Under the pieces are notes generated by a model, which saw nothing but the letters and a program-made list of their open reading frames with translations, made no database searches and was not told the origin of the DNA. 64,000 nucleotides of DNA from Basidiobolus ranarum. Its lineage: Eukaryota. The stretch is from the NCBI GenBank assembly GCA_040143965.1, contig JASJQH010006880.1, positions 1 through 64,000 on the forward strand, in the 5' to 3' direction. Both the position numbers and the translations under genes were made by a program. This document shows, piece after piece, positions 27,898 to 40,314 of the stretch. Each line of letters starts with the position of its first letter. The stretch's first letter is position 1.

Positions 27898-28804
27898 ATG
27901 AAGGTGATTATTTGCTTGTTAATCTAATACTTTGCCGTAACCATACATCAAAATATGTATCAAAACAATCGATCTTCAAATAACTAATAATTCCTTTAAC
28001 TAGTTGAACATCGCCAACCCAGCCACTGGCTGTCAAAAGACCATCGAAATTGATGATGAGCGTAAGGTGTAAGTAAAGGATGGGATCGGATGTAGTTCGT
28101 ATTCAAGATTCTAATTTGGATTGATTTGATGTAGTCGTTGTTTCTACGATAAACGTATGTCCTCCGAAGTTCCTGGAGATTCCATTGGTGATGAGTTCAA
28201 GGGATATGTCTTCCGTATCACTGGTGGTAACGATAAGCAAGGTTTCCCCATGAAGCAAGGTATTCTCCTTCCTCACCGTGTCCGTCTCCTTTTGTCCAAG
28301 GGTCACTCATGCTACCGTCCCCGCCGTACTGGTGAACGTAAGAGAAAGTCTGTCCGCGGTTGCATCGTCGGTTCCGACCTCTCTGTTCTCTCTTTGGTTA
28401 TCGTTAAGCAAGGTGAACAAGAACTCCCCGGTTTGACCGATACCACTGTTCCTAAGCGTTTGGGTCCCAAGAGAGCCAGCAAACTTAGAAAGATGTTCAA
28501 TCTTACTAAGGATGATGACGTTCGTAAGTTCGTTATCCGTCGTGAGGTTCAACCCAAGAACGCTGAAAAGAAGCCATACACCAAGGCTCCTAAGATTCAA
28601 CGTCTTGTGACTCCTCTCACTCTTCAACGCAAGAGACACAGAATTGCTCTTAAGCGTAAGAACTCTCAAGCTTCCAAGGAGGCTGCTGCCGATTACGCTA
28701 AGCTTCTTGCTCACCGCGTTAAGGAACAGCGCGAAAAGAAGGAAGAGATCAAGAAGAGAAGACTCAGCTCTCAACACGCCAGTGCTGCCAAGAGCCAAGC
28801 TTAG
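27898..28804 (+). CDS. RPS6: 40S ribosomal protein S6 (exons 27898-27903, 28004-28068, 28135-28804)
   Basis: [14 protein letters not shown]...[16 protein letters not shown]...[11 protein letters not shown]...[11 protein letters not shown]...KRRLSS. Confidence 0.98.
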
Positions 28805-29412
28805 AGTAGTTAGCTAGCTCGTTTTCCCTCTTTGTTTTTCTTAAAATAAAAAACTAACACGACGTGGTACGCTGTATCAATTTCTGTTTCCTATGTAAAT
28901 TTGTCCAGTCAAAAGAATATAAAGTCAGACAAAGGCATTAATAATTATCTTTGTCATATATGTCAACAATCGAAATCAAGTGCGAAGCATTTTGCATCTT
29001 TACGTTGAAGTGTTATTCTTCGGTTATAGTAGAATTCCCTTTATTACAGTGTATAGCTGTACCTCATGTTGTTTATGGGAATTTTGGTATGCTGCCTGAT
29101 TGAGTGAGAAAAATCTATACAGAATACGCAGTTTTGAGTAGTATCAAACAACGTGAGACCAATCTCGAAATAACTAAGCTCAAAGTTTAAATTTCAGTTT
29201 CGAACGCGAATAATAGGGGACACTGGATCAACTTCATATATAATTTGATTTTGTTGCTGAAATTTTATGAGGAAAATGATTCATTGATCATAAAATCAAT
29301 TGCAGACAAGGATTTTTTTTCAACATTACACGACGAAAAGAAATACTTTCGACTGCTCTTTTGCATCTTCCTTCGTCTCACAATAACCTAACGTGTCAAA
29401 CAACTTATAGAT

Positions 29413-30342
29413 ATGACAAGAATTACAAAATTATACAGAAAAACACACGAGGAAGCCTCTGGGTTTGAAGTAACTCCTTTGGTGCCAAAAAAGTCAAGTC
29501 AAAAGCGTAATAGTGGAGTGCGTGAATATAGCTCGGAGAAAAAGCCGAAACTTACTAAAGACCAAAGACAAGAAAAGTATAGTGCTGGAGGTAGGACTTA
29601 ACCTAGAGTTTGAGTTTAGTTTTCAATTCTCACATACCTTTATTTGTAAAGGAGCTGAAAGATCAGAATCCAGACGTCTTCGTCGAATTCGTGAGCGTAA
29701 TTCCAACATTGTAAGTTTCACTTGTATTCTCACCCAACCTCAAAGAAAAACGGAGACTAATTTTGTTTCAAAAGACTTGTTTCGTATGCAGACAGACCGG
29801 TCACCCTGCTAAAGATTGCCCTAAAGCCGATGAAAGTGGAGTTGGTATTTGCTATAATTGTGGCTCTACAGAGCATACTTCTAAGGACTGCCGCAAGCCC
29901 GCTGATGGTTAGAGGGAATGGTTTCTTTGTATATATGTGCAACTCTAACTGTAAATTTCATATAGGTAATCCATTCTCATATGCCTCTTGCTTTATTTGC
30001 AACGGTCAAGGCCATCTTGCTTCCAAATGCCCTCAAAATCAGAAAGGACTCTATCCTAACGGTGGTGGATGTCGTTACTGTGGTTCCATCAATCATTTGG
30101 CGAAAGATTGTCGACCTGCTACTAACTCAGGTATGGTTTTTCATGAGATTTTCTATCGGTAATTCGCTAATTAAGCGTAAATCCACTTTACTCCTACAGA
30201 GAATATGACTACTATTGGCAAGATTGATCTCGAACAAGGAGGTGACGATGATGATGTATTTGTTGCATTACATAAAATTCAAAAAGAAAAGGCTCAGCCT
30301 AAGCCTGCATCGAAGCCCAAGAAAAAGGTCGTTACTTTCTAA
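29413..30342 (+). CDS. ZCCHC9: Four-CCHC zinc knuckle RNA-binding protein, ZCCHC9-like
   Basis: RSESRRLRR, then CFVCRQTGHPAKDC, CYNCGSTEHTSKDC, CFICNGQGHLASKCPQNQKGLYPNGGGCRYCGSINHLAKDC. Ends KKVVTF*. Confidence 0.85.
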
Positions 30343-31035
30343 ATTGCAATTTCCATTCCAATTCCCAATTCTCGTTCAAAAATTAGACTGTACAAATAAT
30401 AAAGTAAATTTCTAAGCAGCACTTACAATGACTAAATATGGGAGTTTGGCTAGGGTATGGTTATATATAAAATTGCCTTAACTGGTTAAAACTTTATATG
30501 CTAACAATGGAAAATACCTGTGATGATCTGAGTCCTGATCCTGCGACCAGCATATAAAGAGCATAGAATGAAAGACTGGTTTTATTGACTTTAAAGCTGC
30601 ATGCCAATTACAGAATCATTGAAATACCCTTGTGGCTGTGCTGCCGTGATGCCATACCTTATCATCCCTTACATTGCGACTACTGATTCGTCTCTTAGTG
30701 ACTGTTACTCCGTGCAAGTATTGTAATCTGTGCTTTTTGATTTCGCTTACCGTGAAATTTGCTTGTTTGTACACCAACCATGATTTTGTAAAATAACACC
30801 CTGATTTTTACTTTACACTTTCAGTTAATTATTTGCTACAAGTTCCCCTTCCCTAGAACTATATTCTTTCGCTGAAGATATCATCACAGGGTCTTCTCTA
30901 TTTTTCTATTAGACTCTTTGTACTTTTCAGGTCTATTCCATTGTATAGCGTGTAGTGATAATATTTTCTTTAACCTTGATCTTGCTCCTTAGACTTATTT
31001 TCAAACTTCATAGATATCTTTGACAGCTCCGTATA

Positions 31036-34000
31036 ATGATGTCCAAAATCCCAAAGCCTGGTTCTGGTTTACCTCCGCCTTCAAAGCGAAAGCCTTTTGG
31101 TTTTTCATTGAACAACAACACCCCTTCGGACCGTGACTCTGTTTCTTCTGACGCTTCATCTGAGAACTCTCGTTTCTCAAGAACCTTATCTTCTGACCGA
31201 ATTTCACCTTCACATACACCCACCCCTCCTCTTAGCGGACCCCTTAGTGCTATCAATAAGCAACTTTCGAATGGTGCAGTTTTTCGTAAACCAAGTCTTT
31301 CCAAACCTTCCTCTGCCAATAGTTCTCCAATTTTGGTACCTAGTGAGAGGCTCTCTCTTTCAAGTCCTGGAAAACCTCTCGGAACCAAAAAGAACTCAAA
31401 AATATCAACCTTTTCGAATATTCCTTCCCCTTCTTTCCACAGCCCTTCTGAGCAGGGTGGCAACTTTCCTCCTGGCTCGACTTTGTTATCCCCAAAACGT
31501 CTCAGCGTGTTAAAGCAACACCCACCAAGACCTAACTCTCCGGCTATTTTGAGCCAATTCCAAGTTGGAGACCGTGTAAGTGTTGAGTCTATGAATCTCA
31601 GTGGTATTCTACGATTCTTAGGGGCTACTCAGTTTAAACCTGGTACTTGGGCAGGAGTAGAGTTGGATGTAGAAGGAACAGGAAAGAATGATGGAATCGT
31701 TGATGGGTAGGTGAAATCATATCTATTTCTAAAAGTTCGAACTTTCATATAAAATGTGAATAGACACCTAATTCTAATGCTTGCTTAATTTATGATTTAG
31801 AGTTGTATATTTTACGTGCCCCCCTAAGACTGGTATATTCGTGTTAGGACATAAGCTTACGAAGATTCAACCTGACCAGACTAACACCCCTATGGTGAAT
31901 ACAAATGAATCTGTTGATTCTGTGTCGAAAGATTCCAACAGATCAATATCAAAGAGAAGAGGAGTACCACCTCCTGGCCCTATATCTAGTACTACTTCTC
32001 CCGTGAAAAGGTCATCATTGTTGCTCTTATCCCCGGTAAATCCTGTTCCTAATGTAACTGGTGCTAGAGCATCTCGATATATTGGGATGACCGCAGCTCA
32101 GTTAAAGAAAGTTAATTCTTCCCCAGTCTCAAAAACGTCTCCTAGTGCTGAGGCAAGCACATTAAAGAGTAAACGAGAGAGCGCCCGAAAATCCCTTCCT
32201 ATTACACAGAGTGGTGATTTGAATGCTACCACTAAGTTATCACCTAGCTACTCGGTCCCATCACCCTCCTCTTCACCAACTTCATCAAAAGGACCACCGA
32301 CCCCTTCTAGATCTAATTCTCCGGTTCATTCAGCTGTCGCAATGCCTACAACAGAAATAATCGAAGAGGATATGATCACCCAGGAATTCGACTCACCTAC
32401 TTCAGGTGAGTACATGACACTGGAGCAAGCAAACACCAAAATTCAACGACTGGAACTTAAAATCGAAATGCTAAAATCAGAAAACGAATTTTTCAAACTC
32501 TCAAGCCAGCAACCTTCTCAGATAATATCTCCGGGAGATTTGGGAGAAAATGCTCACGATATTGTCCAAACATTATCACAGGTAGATGAGTTAAAAAAGG
32601 ATTTAAATGATTTTAGAAATCTCCAAGATCAATGGGAAACAGTAAAGATGGAGCAATCTGACAGCATCATCCAGTTAGAGTTGAAAGTGGATCAATATTT
32701 GGAAGAAATCAACGTACTCAAGACTGAGAGACTTAATTCACAGCTGGAATCGGAAAATCGAATCAAATTAGAAACCCTTGCCATCTCTGAGGAATTAACG
32801 AAGCAACTTGATGAGAAGACAGCTCAAATATCCGAGCTTCAAAACACCATCGATTCTATGAACGCTAAACTTGATGAAAAGATCCTAGCTGAGACGAAGC
32901 TAAAAGAACATACAGAAATACAAAGAGAAGGAGACACAGCTAATCAAGAGTTAATTATCTCATTACAAAGTGAACTCGAGAATAAGAGTATAGAAGTTGG
33001 AAAACTCACCGCTCGCTTAGACCGAACTAAATCTGATTTTGAAAAAGATAAGAGTCAACTAATTGAGACAATTTCAAGGATTCAAAGTGAAGAAAAAGAG
33101 AGAATTCAAACATATAAGGAGCAGCTTGCCACTGCAGATAACACCAATACTGATGTATGTGCACTGGAGCAAAAGCTTGAAGAATTCGAAAGAATTATCA
33201 AAGATCAAGAAGAGATGGTGAGCCAGCTGCGATCCGCTGGCTCGGAAGCTTTTGATCACTACGAGGGTGAACTTCAAGCCCTAAAGGAAGAAAATCACTC
33301 TCTACAAGAACAAATCAAAAATATAGTTGATGCTGGGACGCAATTGGAATCTGAGTCTGACTCTTTGAAACTTGAACTTGAGAAAGCCAAGACCCGAGAA
33401 GAAGAGCTAAAGAGTGAAACTAATGCACTGCAAGAAATCGTTGATAATTATCAGATAAGTAATACTAAGCGTAAAGATGAAATACAAAAACTCAAAGCTG
33501 AGGTGGCACGGTTAACGGAAAATCAGACAGAAGGAGTTGAACACAATACTCAAGAAAAAGACACCCTCTTGACCGAATTAAGGGAGTTACAAAGCAAATT
33601 CGAAACATTGCAAAAAGAAAGAGAGGAATCATTAAAACAACAAGAAAGTTTCAAATTGGTACATGCTTCCACAGAGGAAGAGCTTAATCAAGTCAAAGCA
33701 GCCTGTAAGGAATTTGCCACCTCCCAAGAAACATGGTTTGCGGAAAAAAAGGAACTTGAAGCAGAGATCTCCAATATCAAGAGACTTCTAGAAGAAAAGG
33801 ATTTAGAGATAGCACGGTCTGCTGTCAATAACTCAGAAAAGGTTCAGCCCACCGATACCATCAAGGATTTGCATGGTATGATTAAGGAGGATTCTTCTCA
33901 ATTTGAAAGTATTATCGAGGAAAAGAACGAGGAAATTCGCAAACTTAGCTCCGAGTTGGAGGTGTTACATTCGCAATTGAGTGCGATCGAGCTCAGTAAA

Positions 34001-34972
34001 GCACATGTCCAGCCTATAGATGAGCAAGATATTCCGTACGAAGAGCTCCGATCTAAACACGATGAATCCTTAACCCAGTACAATAGGTTGCAAACTGACT
34101 ATTCAGCTCTAATGGACGCCCAAGCTAGTCTCCTTGAGGCACACAAGCAGATGGAAGCTGAATGTTTAAAACTAATGGATGAGGTTGAGAGGCTTCATAA
34201 TGAATCCCTCGAAGGAGACATGATATTTTCTACCGACGAAGTAAGATCTGACGAGAGTCAGTTGGATGATGTAGAGGTAAATCGTCTTCGAGGAACTCTT
34301 TCGGAGAAGCAAGCCATTATTAGTCAGATGAAGGTACAATACAAGGATGATATACGACAACTTCAGAAGCGGTTGACGGATCTTGAAATTACAAAGCAGA
34401 AAGAGATTGAAATGCAGTCCAAAGATATTGCAGAATTAGAGAGCATTGTTGAGCACAAGATCTTCCGAGAAGCAGAGTTAGAAGAGCAAATTGCTGAGCT
34501 AAAAAAGAGGGTAGATCATATGGATACAACTTCCCAGGTCTCTTCCAAGTGCGAAGATGAACCTCTGACTGAACGGCCAGAAAAAAATGCATCTAACACC
34601 AAGTTTAGCTCTTTATCTGAGAGCCTTGCTGACGATCTGGATACTGAGCTATATTGCGAGTTGTGTGATTCAGCCGGCCATGACATTCTTTCTTGTACAG
34701 CCTATCCCATCGATATGAATGAGTACAATGGATACGAAAGTGATGTAGGTGATGATAGCGACAGAGCGGTATGTTTAATGAATCCTTCAGATCATTGTTT
34801 ATTGCTTTTAATTTTTCTCTTTATTTTGCGTTCATTTACTAGTATTGCGATAATTGTGAAGAATTTGATCTTCATTGGACAGATGAATGTCCCAACCAAG
34901 ATGAGGTAATATCTTGTGCACATCTGCTTTTAACGCTACCATAATAACTCTGCCTTTTTGTAGACTTTTTAA
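31036..34972 (+). CDS. CLIP-170/Tip1/Bik1-type microtubule plus-end protein
   Basis: CAP-Gly domain (LRFLGATQFKPGTWAGVELDVEGTGKNDG), long coiled coil, knuckles YCELCDSAGHDILSC and YCDNCEEFDLHWTDEC, C-terminal DETF*. Confidence 0.9.
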
Positions 34973-35429
34973 GATACTTTACTTAGTAAAGATGAGAGAG
35001 TGAATATTGTACAGATCCTTTGTTTCCTATCGTTGTTCTTATATATATCCATTTATCCTCTAAATATCATTATTCTATCCGTATGTACGTGTCGTTAGGT
35101 AACACCTTCCAATACCATTCACATTTTGAACCAAAATATTTGAATTAATTTAATTACTCATTCTCTATTGTCTGCCTTAACAGTTTGTGAGATAGATTTC
35201 CTTACAGTTGTTTCATGCGACAAGTAAAGAGAAGCAGTCTTCGTCTAACAAGCATTCAATGTTTTATTTGGTTTAGAAATGTATAATGCTGCCAAATATT
35301 GGTGAATAAATTGAATGTGCATGATGTTTAAAGCCACGTGGTCTTGATCATCGTTTACAGTTCGTTCAGTGGATGAAGATCAAGAATATAAATGATAAGC
35401 TCCACCTCAAGTCAGTCAAACCAGATTTT

Positions 35430-36196
35430 ATGTTAAATATTCCCTTGCTACTAACACTAGTTGAGCTATTCCTTTTCAAGGAAGTAGCCGGTCATATGGC
35501 TATGATGGAGCCCGCTCCACGTCGATCCGAATATAATCCATTCTTTCGTCAGAGCAATGATATCGATTACGATATAACTTCCCCTCTGGATAGCCAAGTA
35601 AGTACTATCCGTACACCATCAGTTCAACTTGTGTTAGTTATACTGTAAACTTTGTGACTGAAACTCATTTCTTTTGTCATGAATAGAGACCATACCCTTG
35701 CCAAGGAGCTCCCAGAAGTCACACAGTAGCTACCTACCAAGCTGGACGTTCTATTTCAGTTCGAATAGGGGGTGACGCTTCACACGCTGGTGGACATTGT
35801 CAATTTGCTTTATCATATGATGGAGGAAGAACCTTTGTTGTGATCCAAACTGTACTTGATACGTGTCTATCCAAGGGGAACCAATTCTCAGTACCACTAC
35901 CCAAAGATGCACCAAGTGGAAATCAAGTTATATTTGCCTGGACTTGGATCAATAAGACTGGTGATCGACAGTATTATATGAACTGTGCGGACATCGTCGT
36001 AAATGGTAAAAAAACTGGTGGTAAAGTCACTGGACCAAGACTGTTGGTAGCAAACTATGGTAATCTACCAGTTATACCTGAATGGCCGGACCCAGAATGG
36101 CAGGGACGTAAACAATTCCAAGCAAGGCCAATAATCACCATCCTGGGGCCTCGTGGTAACGTGGAAGAGGAGGAGGACGATGATGATGAAGATTAG
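35430..36196 (+). CDS. Secreted AA11-like lytic polysaccharide monooxygenase (intron 35598-35686)
   Basis: Signal peptide ending EVAG followed by His1 (HMAMMEPAPR), YPCQG, ASHAGGHCQFALSYD, FAWTWINKTGDRQYYMNCADI, acidic tail. Confidence 0.82.
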
Positions 36197-36398
36197 TACA
36201 ACCTAGACAATTTGGTGAAACTTGATTTCTATCCGCCTATATACACCCACACACAAGCACAATACCACTGTATCATTATTTATCTTGATCCTATAATAAA
36301 GTATTCCAATGTCATGATCCTGTCAGGTCATAAAATTTTGATCTATATTGGCCAGGGAAGTCCAATTCAAACCTCAACCAAGAATAGATATTTCAACT

Positions 36399-38348
36399 AT
36401 GATACGCGGGTTGAATAGACTAAGGGCATTAAAGGATATTCCTTTTCATACAAATCCCTCAGTAACAAATGGAGTATATACATCTATTCAAGTTAGAAAT
36501 TTCTACCGAACTACCTCTCTTTTACAAAAGGAGAGTTCCATTCAGCGCAAAGTAACTACTCCTCAATGCAATATTACTACCAAAAAATTGGAAACTCTTT
36601 TGATAGAGAGAGATTGGGAGAAATCTTGGTCGGAATTTAGTAAACTACTGAAGACTCATCAAGGAGACAAACTCAGTATATGGCAATTAACTAGACTCCT
36701 TCAAGTCATCACTAAAAAAACTTCAGCGGAAAGTGAAAAGAGGGGAGAAAAAGTTATCAATACTATGAAGGAATATCAAATTCACTGCAACTCTGGAAGA
36801 GAGTATAGCAGTTTGATATTGTTTTTTGGAAAATATGGACGCTTCGGTGAGTTAAAGCAAGTATTAACGGAAATGAAAGAGAGAGGTATCCAAAAAGATG
36901 TCTTTGTTTTCAATGCTCTTATTGAATCCTTTGGTCGAATTAGTTCGTCTCAGGCGTATGGAGTATACCAATTATTACAACAAGAATCTGTTACTCCCAA
37001 CAGCTACACCTTTGATATCCTTGCAAAAGCCGCTGAGTCTCACGAAGATACAGAGCTACTCAGAAAGATATACGAAGATATAAAGAAGTATACCACTAAC
37101 CTAGATGTTTCGCTGTATACCACCATGATGAACGTTTGTCTGATCAAAAGAGATTTAGAACTAGGAATGAAGCTTTACAAGGATATGGTGCAGCATAGGC
37201 AAGCCTTTGATCCATTCGTAAACGCCACCTTTTTGGACATGTTACTTAAGCAAGGAGAAGCCGAAAAAAGTGTAGACGTATATGAGAACATGATCCAACA
37301 CAAAATGCCAGTCAATTCACAAATGATGAATACAATGTTAAGCGTGTTTTCAGAAAATAAGTTACATTCAAAAGCCATCGATGTTTTTAGTACAATGATT
37401 GTACAAAAACTCACGCCCTCTCAAGAAAAATGTGATCACTTCCTTCAAGAAGTTTGTAAAAGTGGAAACATTCAGCAAGCAGTGAATGTTTATGGAATGA
37501 TGCACAGTGTAAATATCATTCCTTCCGAAAACACGTGCCAATTACTTCTCAGTAAGTATCTCGCCGATAGTTCGGAAGCTCAGTGGAATCTAAGGATCTG
37601 TCAGCAGATGGTAGAGCAAGGTATACGGTTGAATGAGCAGGACGTGGAAACCATGATTGAAAGGTACTTGAAGACGTCCAGGCCCTCTTATGCCATTGAT
37701 TTGTATGATTCAATCGCTGCCCAAGGAATTCAATTGAGCCGCGAAACTCAACAAGCGGTTTCTGATGCGCGAAAGGTCCATGAAATAGAGAAGAATCGTA
37801 GAACAACGGAGCATTATCGATTTTTGATCATTAATAGCTCGAAAAAACGAGATTTTAAGCAGGGAGTTAGACTTTTTGAGGAGATGCTCTCGACAAACAT
37901 CAAACCTGATCAATTCGTGTATACTATGGCGATGAACTGCTACAGTCATTGCGGCAACGGAGAGAAGGTGATTGAGCTATGGAATATTGTTAAAGACCTA
38001 CCACTTCCCCAGAAAGCAAGAAACATATCGGCCTCGATATTATTGGATTCCTGTGGATTGAATTCTACTTTCGATACTCTCCGAGCTACCTGGGAAGGCC
38101 TCAAGACTTCCAAATTCCCTCTGGACGAAAACAACTTCACCTCGTACATTGAGGCGTTGTGCAAGCATGGTAAATATCCGGAAGCAAGAAGAGTCTTCCA
38201 AATTGAAATGGAGGAATCTGGTTTACAACAAAGCTTCAAGACATGTGAAACCATTATCACTCAATTTAAAATGAGCAAGCACCGTCACGAGTTCCACAAA
38301 CTGTTTAGCTACATCCAGGCTAAGCACCCGAAGTATTTTTCTGTATAA
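36399..38348 (+). CDS. Pentatricopeptide repeat protein, probably mitochondrial (intronless)
   Basis: Repeated ~35-aa motifs (KDVFVFNALIESFGR, PNSYTFDILAKA, PDQFVYTMAMNCYSHCG, DENNFTSYIEALCKHG). Arg-rich N-terminus MIRGLNRLRAL. Confidence 0.88.
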   Translation: MIRGLNRLRALKDIPFHTNPSVTNGVYTSIQVRNFYRTTSLLQKESSIQRKVTTPQCNITTKKLETLLIERDWEKSWSEFSKLLKTHQGDKLSIWQLTRLLQVITKKTSAESEKRGEKVINTMKEYQIHCNSGREYSSLILFFGKYGRFGELKQVLTEMKERGIQKDVFVFNALIESFGRISSSQAYGVYQLLQQESVTPNSYTFDILAKAAESHEDTELLRKIYEDIKKYTTNLDVSLYTTMMNVCLIKRDLELGMKLYKDMVQHRQAFDPFVNATFLDMLLKQGEAEKSVDVYENMIQHKMPVNSQMMNTMLSVFSENKLHSKAIDVFSTMIVQKLTPSQEKCDHFLQEVCKSGNIQQAVNVYGMMHSVNIIPSENTCQLLLSKYLADSSEAQWNLRICQQMVEQGIRLNEQDVETMIERYLKTSRPSYAIDLYDSIAAQGIQLSRETQQAVSDARKVHEIEKNRRTTEHYRFLIINSSKKRDFKQGVRLFEEMLSTNIKPDQFVYTMAMNCYSHCGNGEKVIELWNIVKDLPLPQKARNISASILLDSCGLNSTFDTLRATWEGLKTSKFPLDENNFTSYIEALCKHGKYPEARRVFQIEMEESGLQQSFKTCETIITQFKMSKHRHEFHKLFSYIQAKHPKYFSV

Positions 38349-39000
38349 CTCGATCCTCGATGAATATAAGTAGATATATTTGATCCGATACATTCGGATA
38401 CCCAATAGAACGTGAACAGGATATTGCCAGGCGAATTATTGTAGATGCCGTTGAAATTAACTAGACTATGGTAGACGCCATTGATATTAGCTAGAGACAC
38501 CTAACTAAATAAATCCTGTTCCTCAGCCATCATTAAAGCCTGTTGGCCATAACAGAAGAGGAGAGGAGAGAAGCAATTGGATACAGTGTTATGTTACATT
38601 TATTGACAGATTCTATCGAGAGAGGTGACGTTCGAGAGGCCGTCATCTCAGTTTCGCTCAAAATAAGAGCATTCAAAAGAAGGGAAAGTTCACATCTATT
38701 TGTTTGTTGATAATGCCCATAGTACCGCATATGCATACCAAAACAGGCACTAGGCTGCATCATTGTTCTAAATATATAACAGGAGAAAAGCCACAATAAT
38801 TGGGGTTATTGGTTTAATGGTGCACCCAACGCAGGAAAATGTACAATCTGATGGCTGATAAATCTCAACATCGTAAAGATGAGCTTCTGTGATTATAGGG
38901 TGGTGGTAATAGTGATAAAGCAGAAGAATGAATATAACAGGGGGAATGGTCTAAATGTGGATTCTTTGGTGCATTGGAGGTAAAGAGGGCTTGCTGGTGG

Positions 39001-40314
39001 TTAGAACAGTCGGGTGAATTTAAAGGTTTGTCCCTTTCGTGAGCGTAAGAATCGAGGGAAAGTGTGTCGTACCATAATCTCAGTTACTTCAATGATGGCG
39101 GCATCAAAGATTGATCCATCAATATCTTCATCTAGAATTCTGAGGGTGATCTGCTTGACTACGGTATTGCAAAGATTGACTTGAAGTGCAGCCCCTGGTA
39201 CTATAAAAGTGTCATAGATAGCTAACACTTCGTCTTTGAGCAAGCTCTTGGAGAGTTTCTTTGCTCGTTGACAACGCTCAAAAAACAAAGGGTTCTCAAT
39301 GCTAAACTCCTTTACAGTGAAATCTTTGAATTGTTCGAAAAGTAATGGGTCGTGAACTACTTCGTAGAATCCCATTTGGCCCTTTTCCAGACTCCATTGA
39401 TTACGGGTGTTTCGGTAAACTTTGATCAAAGGTATGTTAATCATGATTACTTGAATAACCATCAATCCGAACACGAGGAAGTAGCTGGTTGCAAACACGG
39501 AGTGATAGGGTTTAAATACGTCCACGAAGGAGTATACAAAGAAAATTCCTAGAACAATCATTATAGTCATTACTATATAAAGGAGCTCTCTACGAATCCC
39601 GAAAGCATCTTGCACCCCATGAAGCATGTACAAGCAGAAGGATCCAATCACTAATGCATAGGTACAGCAGATTATCTTTAAGGGAAGAAAGACAACATGC
39701 TCGAAGCAATCCGAAGAGGAATCGATCTCAAAAACTTCTTGATGAGTTACGGTCATGATTAGAGTGATCACTATTTGCATGATAATCGCACCACCAAGCC
39801 CATAAAATATCCATTTTGAAGGTAAGCGGATGCGATAGCGAAATAGATTAATATGATCCATAGTTCGCTCCTCTTTACCCAATCCATCGGCATCAAATAT
39901 AAGCTCAAGATGCTCGTTGCCTGGGTCTTTCATCTCAAATTGGTGGATTTTGGAAACGGAGCTCTTTGAGTATCCTTGGCGGACTGCTTGGAGTTTGGCG
40001 TGGCTGGCATAGAAGGTTATCGCAAGCTTTAAATATTTTAGAAGTACGGTTAGTATGGTTATAGCCCCCCCTATCGAGATAAACCAAATGGCTATACCAC
40101 ACAAGAATTTGGTTCGAGTCATTTTAGCAATGAGATAAGCCATCAGGATATTCATAGATAAAACACTCGCTATAGATAATACGACGCTTCGGTATTTGAT
40201 CATGTCATGCTTCCGGTTACTTATAAACATCAATATGGATATAAGGGTAAACAGCAACCAGAAACCCAGTAAGCACATGTTCACTATCAAATGGGCATCT
40301 GAGTTAAACTCCAT
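39001..40314 (-). CDS. Seven-transmembrane protein fused to a C-terminal RGS domain
   Basis: Seven hydrophobic segments, DAFGIRREL loop, RGS box FKDFTVKEFSIENPLFF...IYDTFIVPGAALQVNL...TFPRFL. Confidence 0.87.
   Translation of the reverse strand: MEFNSDAHLIVNMCLLGFWLLFTLISILMFISNRKHDMIKYRSVVLSIASVLSMNILMAYLIAKMTRTKFLCGIAIWFISIGGAITILTVLLKYLKLAITFYASHAKLQAVRQGYSKSSVSKIHQFEMKDPGNEHLELIFDADGLGKEERTMDHINLFRYRIRLPSKWIFYGLGGAIIMQIVITLIMTVTHQEVFEIDSSSDCFEHVVFLPLKIICCTYALVIGSFCLYMLHGVQDAFGIRRELLYIVMTIMIVLGIFFVYSFVDVFKPYHSVFATSYFLVFGLMVIQVIMINIPLIKVYRNTRNQWSLEKGQMGFYEVVHDPLLFEQFKDFTVKEFSIENPLFFERCQRAKKLSKSLLKDEVLAIYDTFIVPGAALQVNLCNTVVKQITLRILDEDIDGSIFDAAIIEVTEIMVRHTFPRFLRSRKGQTFKFTRLF

Noticed and set aside
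28307-28798. 163-aa minus-strand ORF
   Set aside because: Antisense to RPS6; an open antisense frame is expected from strong codon bias.
29775-30112. CCHC knuckles as a retrotransposon Gag
   Set aside because: The gene is spliced with a ZCCHC9-type layout, and there is no protease, RT, integrase or LTR nearby.
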